Origin: Candidatus Sungiibacteriota bacterium
GTDB lineage: Bacteria; Patescibacteriota; Minisyncoccia; Sungbacterales; HO2-52-23
Direction of reading: 5' to 3'
Assembly: GCA_016432465.1 (NCBI GenBank)
Contig: CP066690.1
Location: 526,823-590,822 of the forward strand
Length of the DNA: 64,000 nucleotides
Shown: piece by piece, positions 1 through 8,175 of the stretch
Position numbering within the stretch: the stretch's first letter is position 1
How the letters are laid out: each line of letters opens with the position of its first letter
Notes under the pieces: generated by a model
Seen by the model: only the letters and a program-made list of their open reading frames with translations
Databases searched by the model: none
What the model was told of the DNA's origin: nothing
Position numbers and translations under genes: made by a program

Positions 1-2172
1 GTCATTCGCATATCTCAAGGTGATCGGGTGCCGGCTGACGCGCGGCTTATTTTTGTGAATAATTTGGAGGTGGATGAGTCACCTCTCACCGGCGAGTCTT
101 TGCCCGTGGAAAAAGATATAAATACGTTGGACGCTGCGACAGCTCTTGCAGATCGGACCCCATTGGTGTTTAGCGGAACTTTGGCAACGCGCGGCTTTGC
201 GGATGCGGTAGTAACCGCTACGGCATCTTTGAGTGAATTTGGTAAAATTGCAAAATTTGTTGCCGGAAGCCAGCGTCAGCCCACACCTATGCAGCAAGCC
301 ATAACGCGTTTTGCGAAGCGCGTGGGGCTATTGCTTGGCATCTTGGCAATTATTCTTTTTGGGTTTGGACTTTGGGCGGGACAGGATCCCTTTGAAATGT
401 TTTTGATTGCTGTTGCCGCGGCCGTGTCCGCTGTTCCCGAAGGCCTTCCCATTGCTCTTACCGTAATTCTTGCGGTTGGCGTGCAAAGACTGGCCAGCCG
501 CAAGGGTGTGGTGCGAAGACTGCTGGCCGCAGAAACCCTTGGTTCAACCACGCTTATTTTGACTGATAAAACCGGTACTCTTACTCAAGCCCGTATGGAG
601 CTTGCGAAAGTTATTCCTTATCAGGGGTCCCAGCCAGAACACAACATACTGCTTCTTAAAGAAGCAATACTGAACACCGACACGATAATAGAAAACCCCG
701 AGGCGCCGCCGCAGGAGTGGAGAATTTTCGGGCGGGCAGTAGAAGTGGCGTTGGTGCGGGGAGCTGCGGCGCAGGGTGTTTTACTGCCGGAAATTCAAAA
801 AGCTGAAAAATTTCTAGACAGACTTCCTTTTAGTTCCGAACACAAATTTTCAGGCGTGGTGGCCCGCCTTGATAATACTACTCGCATCGTGCTTTTGGGG
901 GCTCCGGAGGTGCTGGTATCCTATACGGATATGCCGCCGGAAAATCGGAGTTCCCTTCTTGGTGAAGTTGACCGTTTGGCTTTGGGAGGAGAGCGGGTGC
1001 TGGGGGTTGCCTCGGCCGTTGTTGCGGATCACGAGCAAATACTGCACGCCAAAAAATTTAAGCACTTGAATTTTCGCGGACTTCTTACTTTTCGCGACCC
1101 ATTGCGTCCGGAAGTGTCCGGGGCCATTAAAAAAATTGCGGCATCAGGAGTGAAAACAATAATTGTTACCGGGGACCATCGCGGCACGGCCGAGGCTGTG
1201 GCCAGAGACTTAGGAATGGTTGACGGACGCGGCGCGGTGCTTACGGGGGATGACTTAAACTTTTTATCGGAGGAAGAGTTAAGGGCGCGCTCGGGCGAAG
1301 TTACGGTCTATGCCCGTGTTACGCCGGAGCAAAAAGTACGGCTTACCAATCTTTACCGCAGTAAAGGAGAGGTTGTTGCGCTAACCGGAGACGGCGTAAA
1401 CGACGCGCCTGCTCTGCAGGCGGCCGACATTGGGATTGCTCTTGGTTCCGGCACTGACGTTGCCAAGGGTGCGGCCGACCTCGTGATTTTGGACGATAAT
1501 TTTAATACCATAGTCGCGGCCATAGAGGAGGGCAGAAGGATTGTAGAAAATTTGCGCAAAGTCATTGTTTATCTTCTTTCCGACTCTTTAGACGAGCTTT
1601 TTCTTATCGGGGGTTCGCTGTTAGTGGGCCTTGCTTTGCCTATTAACGCGCTTCAGATTCTTTTTGTGAACTTTTTCTCGGACAGTTTCCCGGCCATTGC
1701 CCTTGCTTTTGAGGGCGGCGTTGACAACTCGGGACAACGGCCCAAAAAGTTGGGGAAAAGTCTTTTTGACGGCGAGCTGCAGTTTCTTATTTTGGTCATC
1801 GGAATTTCAACCTCCGCTTTACTTTTTCTGTTTTACTATGGATTAATTAAATGGGGATTCTCGGAAGATATGGTGCGAACTTTTATCTTTGCTTCTTTTG
1901 CCACCTATACGCTCATTCTTTCATTTTCTTTGCGAAGTCTTGAAAAAAGCATTTTTTCTTACAATCCATTTGGTAATAAGTATCTTGTGGGCGGGGTTGT
2001 GCTTGGGATATTGCTTACGGCCCTGGTCATTTTCCTGCCGCCCCTTCAGAAAATTTTCGGAACCGTTCCGCTTTCCTGGCCGTGGCTTTTGGCGATAGCG
2101 GGAGTGGGGCTTCTTAATATGGCCGCGGTTGAGTTGGGGAAGTGGATTTTTAGGTCAAGGCCCGCCTCATGA
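1..2172 (+). CDS. P-type cation-transporting ATPase (Ca2+/Mg2+-type, P2 family), 5' partial (continues upstream of window)
   Basis: Frame 1 is open from nt 1 (VIRISQGDRVPADARL...). Motifs GDRVPAD, DKTGTLT (phosphorylation site), TGDGVNDAPAL and multiple C-terminal TM helices are present. Confidence 0.9.
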   Translation, partial: VIRISQGDRVPADARLIFVNNLEVDESPLTGESLPVEKDINTLDAATALADRTPLVFSGTLATRGFADAVVTATASLSEFGKIAKFVAGSQRQPTPMQQAITRFAKRVGLLLGILAIILFGFGLWAGQDPFEMFLIAVAAAVSAVPEGLPIALTVILAVGVQRLASRKGVVRRLLAAETLGSTTLILTDKTGTLTQARMELAKVIPYQGSQPEHNILLLKEAILNTDTIIENPEAPPQEWRIFGRAVEVALVRGAAAQGVLLPEIQKAEKFLDRLPFSSEHKFSGVVARLDNTTRIVLLGAPEVLVSYTDMPPENRSSLLGEVDRLALGGERVLGVASAVVADHEQILHAKKFKHLNFRGLLTFRDPLRPEVSGAIKKIAASGVKTIIVTGDHRGTAEAVARDLGMVDGRGAVLTGDDLNFLSEEELRARSGEVTVYARVTPEQKVRLTNLYRSKGEVVALTGDGVNDAPALQAADIGIALGSGTDVAKGAADLVILDDNFNTIVAAIEEGRRIVENLRKVIVYLLSDSLDELFLIGGSLLVGLALPINALQILFVNFFSDSFPAIALAFEGGVDNSGQRPKKLGKSLFDGELQFLILVIGISTSALLFLFYYGLIKWGFSEDMVRTFIFASFATYTLILSFSLRSLEKSIFSYNPFGNKYLVGGVVLGILLTALVIFLPPLQKIFGTVPLSWPWLLAIAGVGLLNMAAVELGKWIFRSRPAS

Positions 2173-3110
2173 CACTTTCTATTTTATTATTTATTGCAGG
2201 TTTCTACGTGCTCGTAAGGGGAGCGAATTTTCTCGTTGATGGCGCTTCATCCATAGCCAGGCTTTTTCATATTTCAAATTTTGTAGTGGGGCTTGTTATT
2301 GTCGGTATCGGCACATCCATTCCCGAGTTTGCGATATCTTTTATTGCCAATCTTACGGGGGCGAGCGATATTGGTTTCGGTACTATCGTGGGAAGCAATA
2401 CCTTCAACATCTTTTTTATTTTGGGCCTTACGGCCGCCGCCTTTACACTTCGCCTACATCCGATATGGGTTGAGCGCGACCTCAAGTGGAATATGCTTGC
2501 CGTAGCAACTGCTGTTATTTTTGCATTTTCTCTGGGAAATGGCGGTATTTCCAGACTCGAGGCGGCGGTGATGCTGGGTTTGTTTCTTCTTTGGCTCTAC
2601 GTAACGATTAAAAAAACAAATAATGTTGTTGATGACGAGAAGCCGATTCGCGTGATAGCTTTTCCGTTAGCATTCGGACTTATGCTTGCGGGTCTTTTGG
2701 GGATATTTCTTGGCGGTAAGTGGGTGGTTGACGGGGCGGAGGTCCTGGCGCGCGCTTTGGGCATGAGTGAAGCGCTTATTGGTTTAACTGTTGTTGGTTT
2801 GGGCACTTCGCTGCCGGAGTTAGCCGTTACCTTTGTGGCTGCTTACCGCGATCGGCCCGGAATTGCTATTGGCAATATCATTGGATCTAACATTTTTGAT
2901 TTTCTTGTGATTCTTGGCGTTTCTGCTCTCGCGCGTCCTGTTTTCGTAGCGCCCGGATTTTTCACTGATGCCGTAATCACTCTTCTTGCTTCAGCCCTTC
3001 TTTACGGCTTTATGTTTGTGGGCACCCCTTATATACTTAAACGTTGGCAGGGACTAGTGTTCGTCTTTCTCTATATTGTTTACCTATTTTATATAATTGG
3101 TAGAGGATAA
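2169..3110 (+). CDS. Na+/Ca2+ exchanger family membrane protein (CaCA, YrbG-like)
   Basis: Two alpha-repeat motifs, GTSIPEF and GTSLPELAV. About 10 TM helices. ATGA start/stop overlap with the upstream ATPase. Confidence 0.8.
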   Translation: MTLSILLFIAGFYVLVRGANFLVDGASSIARLFHISNFVVGLVIVGIGTSIPEFAISFIANLTGASDIGFGTIVGSNTFNIFFILGLTAAAFTLRLHPIWVERDLKWNMLAVATAVIFAFSLGNGGISRLEAAVMLGLFLLWLYVTIKKTNNVVDDEKPIRVIAFPLAFGLMLAGLLGIFLGGKWVVDGAEVLARALGMSEALIGLTVVGLGTSLPELAVTFVAAYRDRPGIAIGNIIGSNIFDFLVILGVSALARPVFVAPGFFTDAVITLLASALLYGFMFVGTPYILKRWQGLVFVFLYIVYLFYIIGRG

Positions 3111-3348
3111 TATGTCATCAAGCCGACAAAAAACTCAAACTGCAACTTCGCGTTCTGCCGCTGGGGATCAGAAGTCGCGTCATGCCATGGAAGAATTTGG
3201 TCCCTGAAAGGGCGGATTTATTTTCTGTCCGCACGGCGAGGCGGTCTACTATAAAAAATCGTGGCATCACATAGAAAAATTTTTCAGAAACCCGCCGAAT
3301 TTTAAAAAAGACAGTGCAGTTAAATCTAAACTTTGTCCGGCGCACGAG

Positions 3349-3648
3349 ATGATAAAAAACAAACAATACGAAGGCGAGGTGGTTGTTAAAAATGTACCTC
3401 CAAATTTCAGGAAAGAACTCTTGAATCTTATTGAAAATATGGGAGAGCGCGCAATGCGCCGCGATGTTTTGGACAGAGTTTTAGATTTAAGATTTAAGGA
3501 TAAAGATTTAAGAATCACGACCTCTGAAAATCAGCTTGCCCAAAAAATCGCCCTCAAGATTCAGGAAGTTTTTAAAAATAAGATAGAGAAAAAGATTCGT
3601 CGGGGGAAAGAAGGAGGGGTGTCCAGCGTCCTTGTTGACTTTTTATAA
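3349..3648 (+). CDS. hypothetical protein (start uncertain; frame is open upstream to 3208 without a canonical start)
   Basis: ORF with basic C-terminus. The upstream in-frame stretch encodes CPHG...CPAH but has no ATG/GTG/TTG. Confidence 0.4.
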   Translation: MIKNKQYEGEVVVKNVPPNFRKELLNLIENMGERAMRRDVLDRVLDLRFKDKDLRITTSENQLAQKIALKIQEVFKNKIEKKIRRGKEGGVSSVLVDFL

Positions 3649-3693
3649 AGAGTCCGGTAGCCTACAGACAGGTTCTTTTATCCGAGGTTTGAG

Positions 3694-4104
3694 ATGCGAA
3701 AACTTCTATCAATATTTTTGGCTGTTGCGCTTTTTGCGGCACCTTCTTTAGGAGAAGCTAGGTCCCTTGAGCTTCGTGCATACGAGTTTTACGAAAATGT
3801 AGTTAACGGTGACTATGATGACGTCTGGGATATGTTGACGACAGCGATTCAGCAGGATATCTCACAAGAAGATTTTATCCGTGAGCTTGAAGCGTTCTTT
3901 GAAGAAACGGATTTTAACTACGACAACCTGGAAATTGTAGAACAAAGGGGAAATTACGCTGTCACGGAGGCAATAGTAACCCTGTCCTCAGAAAAATTTT
4001 ATAAATCATTCTGTGAGAAGACGCTGTGGGTGCGGCGGGGAAATAGTTGGTATGTTGCTGACGCAAACTTAAGGTGTGATTACGACCCATTGGCCGGCAG
4101 ATAG
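3694..4104 (+). CDS. secreted hypothetical protein
   Basis: N-terminal signal peptide MRKLLSIFLAVALFAAPSLGEA. Terminator directly downstream. Confidence 0.6.
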   Translation: MRKLLSIFLAVALFAAPSLGEARSLELRAYEFYENVVNGDYDDVWDMLTTAIQQDISQEDFIRELEAFFEETDFNYDNLEIVEQRGNYAVTEAIVTLSSEKFYKSFCEKTLWVRRGNSWYVADANLRCDYDPLAGR

Positions 4105-4113
4105 GTTATTAGT

Positions 4114-4138
4114 AAGGCCGCAGTGCGGCCTTTTTTGT
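4114..4138 (+). terminator. rho-independent terminator (GGCCGCA..TGCGGCC stem + TTTTTT)
   Basis: Hairpin followed by a T-run, read directly from the sequence. Confidence 0.6.
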
Positions 4139-4306
4139 TTCCCCCAAGTGATCATTTCCTAAATCTTTAAAAGTCACTATTCTTTCTTCCTTCTCTAATT
4201 CGCGCGAATAGGCGAATAATGGCGCGGTATATTTCGCATGCCGCACCGGGTTTGCTCTGGTCAAGTTCCTGACTACGTTAAGGATTTATAATTAAAACAT
4301 CGGCCG

Positions 4307-4852
4307 CTAGGCCGATTTTTGGTTGGAGATACGCATACATTTCCAGATTTCCCAAAGAGTAGCAATGGTAAATATTATATTTAGGGCGAGAAACGGCAGC
4401 GACCCCACGCGATATGCGTAAAACGCCATCAGCACTCCTCCTGTAGTAAAAAATGTATTCCCGAGTGTGGTTTGCGCAAACGGAATGCCGAGCCCCAGTC
4501 CCACGATAGCAGCTACACCGAGCCATCTTAGCTGAGAGTCAATACTGCCGCCTGAGTACATACTTAAAATAGTCAGTATTGCGAAGAAGATAACCGTTGC
4601 AGCACTATCTGGATTCTTCCTTGCGCCCATGAAGGAAGCAACCAGTATGATTGTCTGCCCTCCTATAAATATAGGATCTCCTCCAAAAACAGCAAAGGAC
4701 CAGAGCATGATGCCGCCAATAAGAAATAGCCACGCCTGACGTTTTTTATCAAGAATACCCCATGTTAAAACCAAGAGCCCTGTATAAGCGAGAAGGTTAA
4801 AAACCGCGCTCCACAAAGAAGTAAAACCCAATACCGCCTGCCAATTGGGCAT
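4307..4852 (-). CDS. hypothetical integral membrane protein
   Basis: About 5 hydrophobic helices. No recognisable family. Confidence 0.5.
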   Translation of the reverse strand: MPNWQAVLGFTSLWSAVFNLLAYTGLLVLTWGILDKKRQAWLFLIGGIMLWSFAVFGGDPIFIGGQTIILVASFMGARKNPDSAATVIFFAILTILSMYSGGSIDSQLRWLGVAAIVGLGLGIPFAQTTLGNTFFTTGGVLMAFYAYRVGSLPFLALNIIFTIATLWEIWKCMRISNQKSA

Positions 4853-4924
4853 TATAACCCCTTAGATTATTGTTTTTGTGCTGAAGTTACGTTATCATTT
4901 CATCATTATAAATGTCAATCTTTT

Positions 4925-6199
4925 ATGAGAGTTATTGCTGACTTACATATTCATTCCCCTTACGCCCGCGCCGTATCTAAAGATATGACTTTGGAGAATT
5001 TGGATTTTTGGGCAGGGCTTAAAGGAATTACCGTAATGGGAACAGGAGATTTTACGCACCCGCAATGGATACGCGAGATTAAAACAAAACTGGAACCGGC
5101 GGAGCCGGGACTTTATAAACTTAAGTCAAGCGTCAAGGGTCAAATGTCAAATGTCGGTAAGCAAGAAACGCGTTTTTTGCTTACCGTTGAGATTTCAAGT
5201 ATTTATTCCAAAGGCGGGAAGACACGCAGGATCCACAACTTAATTTTTGCCCCATCAATTGAAACCGTGGAAAAAATAAACGCGCAGCTTGGCTGGCGGG
5301 GAAATTTAAAATCAGACGGCAGGCCAATCTTGGGGCTTGATTCCAAAGAGCTTGCCAAAATTGTTTTAAACATTGATGAGCGATGTATGATTGTGCCGGC
5401 GCACGCCTGGACCCCCTGGTTCAGTATTTTTGGTTCAATGTCAGGGTTTAACTCTATTGAGGAATGTTTTGACGAGTACGCAAAATATATTTATGCGGTG
5501 GAAACAGGACTTTCCAGCGACCCCGCGATGAACTGGCGGTGGTCGCATCTTGATAACATTGCCTTGATTTCTAATTCCGACAGCCACTCTCTGCAAAAAA
5601 TTGGCCGCGAGGCAAATGTATTTGATACAGAACTTTTCTATGATGGAATTATTGACGCGATAAAGTCGCACGACCCCAAAAAATTTCTTTACACCATAGA
5701 ATTTTTCCCGGAGGAGGGGAAATATCACTATGACGGCCATCGCCTATGCAAGTTTTCTTGCGGACCGGAGGAGACAAAACGCCTAAAAAAAATCTGTCCG
5801 CAATGCAACAAGGCTGTGACCGTAGGTGTTCTGAATCGCGTGGACGAACTGGCCGACCGCCCGGAGGGCGCAAGACCGGAGCGCGTCATACCCTTCAAAA
5901 GTCTTGTGCCTTTGGACGAAATTATTGCCGAAGGTTTTGGGGTGGGGACGTCGGCCAAGAAAGTGAAGATCGCTTACCGGGACTTGGTTGAAAAAATGGG
6001 AAGCGAGTTTGCGGTTTTGGTTGATGCTTCCCAATCCGATCTGGAGGCATCTGCGGCGCCCGAGATTGTGGAGGGTGTTATGAGAACGCGCGAGGGGCGG
6101 CTGCACATTGAACCCGGATACGATGGGGAGTATGGAAAAGTAAAAATTTTTGAAGAGGCGGAGCGAAAAGAAATTACAAAACAAACCGCACTTTTCTGA
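4925..6199 (+). CDS. PHP-domain nuclease, endonuclease Q (EndoQ)-like
   Basis: N-terminal ADLHIHSPYARAVSKDMT PHP signature. 424 aa. C-terminal zinc-finger-like CGPEE...CPQC. Architecture matches the EndoQ family (recalled, not searched). Confidence 0.5.
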   Translation: MRVIADLHIHSPYARAVSKDMTLENLDFWAGLKGITVMGTGDFTHPQWIREIKTKLEPAEPGLYKLKSSVKGQMSNVGKQETRFLLTVEISSIYSKGGKTRRIHNLIFAPSIETVEKINAQLGWRGNLKSDGRPILGLDSKELAKIVLNIDERCMIVPAHAWTPWFSIFGSMSGFNSIEECFDEYAKYIYAVETGLSSDPAMNWRWSHLDNIALISNSDSHSLQKIGREANVFDTELFYDGIIDAIKSHDPKKFLYTIEFFPEEGKYHYDGHRLCKFSCGPEETKRLKKICPQCNKAVTVGVLNRVDELADRPEGARPERVIPFKSLVPLDEIIAEGFGVGTSAKKVKIAYRDLVEKMGSEFAVLVDASQSDLEASAAPEIVEGVMRTREGRLHIEPGYDGEYGKVKIFEEAERKEITKQTALF

Positions 6200-6221
6200 A
6201 TTTATGGTAGGGAAAAATCCC

Positions 6222-6249
6222 TTGACAGGTTGTGAACGAGCGTTATACT
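6222..6249 (+). promoter_or_regulatory. sigma70-like promoter (TTGACA -16nt- TATACT)
   Basis: TTGACA at 6222-6227 and TATACT at 6244-6249, upstream of the S8 protease gene. Confidence 0.45.
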
Positions 6250-6287
6250 TACTTTATTATTAACAATTTCTAAATAGTTTCATTTTT

Positions 6288-7487
6288 ATGTCATATTCCA
6301 TAAACTATAAACATATTTTATATCTCGTCGTGCTGCTGCTTGCGGGAGTATTAATGTCGCTGCCGTTTGGCGGCCGCGGAGCTTATTCCGGGCGGAAAAT
6401 TGTTGTTTTTGACGAACATTTTGTAAATAAAGCAGCTCAGGAGGAGTTGCTTGCCAAAGCCGGCGGAGTAAAAACCAAAGACTTGCCGCTTATTAATGGC
6501 TCTGCCGTGTTTCTTCCCAGCAAAGCCTCGGAGCGCGCACTTTTAGTTAATCCTGCGGTAAAACGTATTGATGATGATGTCGTGGTTTCTATACTGGGGA
6601 AAGTCGGAGCCGGCGGTAGTGGCTCAACCCAACCCGCTCAAGTATTGCCTTGGGGAATTGATCGGATAGATGCCGAGCTTGTCTGGCCAGGTGGTAACAC
6701 CGCCGACCCCATAAAAGTGGGCGTTATTGATACTGGCATTTCCAATAAACATCCGGACCTTCTTGATAATGTAAAAGGCGGGGTTAATACTATAAATCCC
6801 AACAAAAACTGGAATGATGATAACGGTCATGGCTCGCATGTTGCGGGGATTGTCGGCGCGCTACAAAATAGTATTGGCGTTGTGGGTGCAGGACCGGCAG
6901 TTGATCTTTATGCCATCAAAGTACTTGGCGCCAATGGTTCTGGTTTTCTTTCCGATGTAGTTGAGGGAATTCAGTGGGCAGTGCAAAACGGCATGCAAGT
7001 AGTCAATATGAGTCTCGGAACCTCAAGCGATGTTCCTTCCCTGCATGATGCTGTTCTTGTTGCCCATAATGCCGGAGTAACCGTAGTCGCGGCAGCAGGT
7101 AATAGCGGCGGCGCAGTAATTTTTCCCGCAGCATATTCTGAAGTAATTGCGGTATCAGCGACCGATCAAAATAACGTGCTCGCTTCTTGGTCTTCGCGCG
7201 GTCCGGAAGTTGATCTGGCCTCACCCGGAGTTTCCATATACTCTACCTACAAGGGTACAGGATACGCTACACTTTCCGGGACTTCTATGGCCGCCCCGCA
7301 TGTTGCGGGTTCCGCGGCACTGGTTCTGAATACGCCAGTTGGTTTCTATGATGTGAATAGTAACGGTAAATGGGATCCTGCGGAGGTGCAAAAAAAGCTG
7401 CAGGATACAGCAGTGGATCTTGGGACAACTGGGGTGGATGGTTTGTACGGATGGGGACTGGTGAATGTTTTTAACGCGACACAGTAA
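6288..7487 (+). CDS. subtilisin-like serine protease (peptidase S8) with N-terminal signal/propeptide
   Basis: Catalytic triad motifs VIDTGI (Asp), HGSHVAG (His) and GTSMAAPHVAG (Ser). Confidence 0.9.
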   Translation: MSYSINYKHILYLVVLLLAGVLMSLPFGGRGAYSGRKIVVFDEHFVNKAAQEELLAKAGGVKTKDLPLINGSAVFLPSKASERALLVNPAVKRIDDDVVVSILGKVGAGGSGSTQPAQVLPWGIDRIDAELVWPGGNTADPIKVGVIDTGISNKHPDLLDNVKGGVNTINPNKNWNDDNGHGSHVAGIVGALQNSIGVVGAGPAVDLYAIKVLGANGSGFLSDVVEGIQWAVQNGMQVVNMSLGTSSDVPSLHDAVLVAHNAGVTVVAAAGNSGGAVIFPAAYSEVIAVSATDQNNVLASWSSRGPEVDLASPGVSIYSTYKGTGYATLSGTSMAAPHVAGSAALVLNTPVGFYDVNSNGKWDPAEVQKKLQDTAVDLGTTGVDGLYGWGLVNVFNATQ

Positions 7488-7508
7488 CTAAAGTAGATCT
7501 CAAGGCAA

Positions 7509-7545
7509 CTCAAAGCCCCGCGATAGCGGGGCTTTGAGTTATTTG
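7509..7545 (+). terminator. rho-independent terminator
   Basis: 13-bp stem CTCAAAGCCCCGC / GCGGGGCTTTGAG with GATA loop, then TTATTT. Confidence 0.7.
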
Positions 7546-8175
7546 GTATTATGGCCTCATATGAATCTCGTTATTCAGTCTCTTATATTCGCCAGTTTTA
7601 TTTTTGAGACCGGGTTTGGCCTGCTTTCGCCCATTTTTGCCGTTTTTGTAACACAGCAAGTCGGCGGAGGCGATGTTACGGTGGTAGGAATTGCAGCCGG
7701 CGTCTACTGGATTTTAAAGTCCATATTGCAGGTGCCGGTGGGCAGGTTTCTTGATAAAAAACAAGGGGAAGACGACGATTTTTGGGCGTTATTTGCCGGC
7801 CACTTTCTTATGGGTCTAACCGTGTTTCTTTATCAGTTTGCGCGTACCCCTATACATATATATATGCTGCAGGGGTTGCTGGCCATTGGCGGCGCGCTTC
7901 TGGTGCCGTCTTGGTACGCCATGTTTCTTCGCCACGTTGATAAACATAAAGAAGGTTTTGAGTGGAGTATTAACTCCAGTCTGTCTTACGGTTTAGGAAC
8001 AGGCGGAGCTGGGGTTCTGGGCGGATTTTTGGCCAAGGCCTATGGTTTTAATTTTATTTTTGTGACCGGGGCGATATTGGTGTGGGCCAGTTTGCTTATG
8101 CTCTTGGTTTTGCGGCGGAACCTGCGTAATCATCAGCTCCCGCCAATACCAAAAGCGCCTTCACCCGTTTTATGA
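7534..8175 (+). CDS. membrane protein, MFS-transporter-like half (6 TM)
   Basis: The ORF track start is TTG. ATG at 7561 is the more likely start. Hydrophobic helices with a G-rich loop. Confidence 0.5.
   Translation: MSYLVLWPHMNLVIQSLIFASFIFETGFGLLSPIFAVFVTQQVGGGDVTVVGIAAGVYWILKSILQVPVGRFLDKKQGEDDDFWALFAGHFLMGLTVFLYQFARTPIHIYMLQGLLAIGGALLVPSWYAMFLRHVDKHKEGFEWSINSSLSYGLGTGGAGVLGGFLAKAYGFNFIFVTGAILVWASLLMLLVLRRNLRNHQLPPIPKAPSPVL

Noticed and set aside
5441-6184. Multiple antisense ORFs inside the EndoQ-like gene
   Set aside because: They overlap a gene with clear homology on the other strand and have no start-context support.
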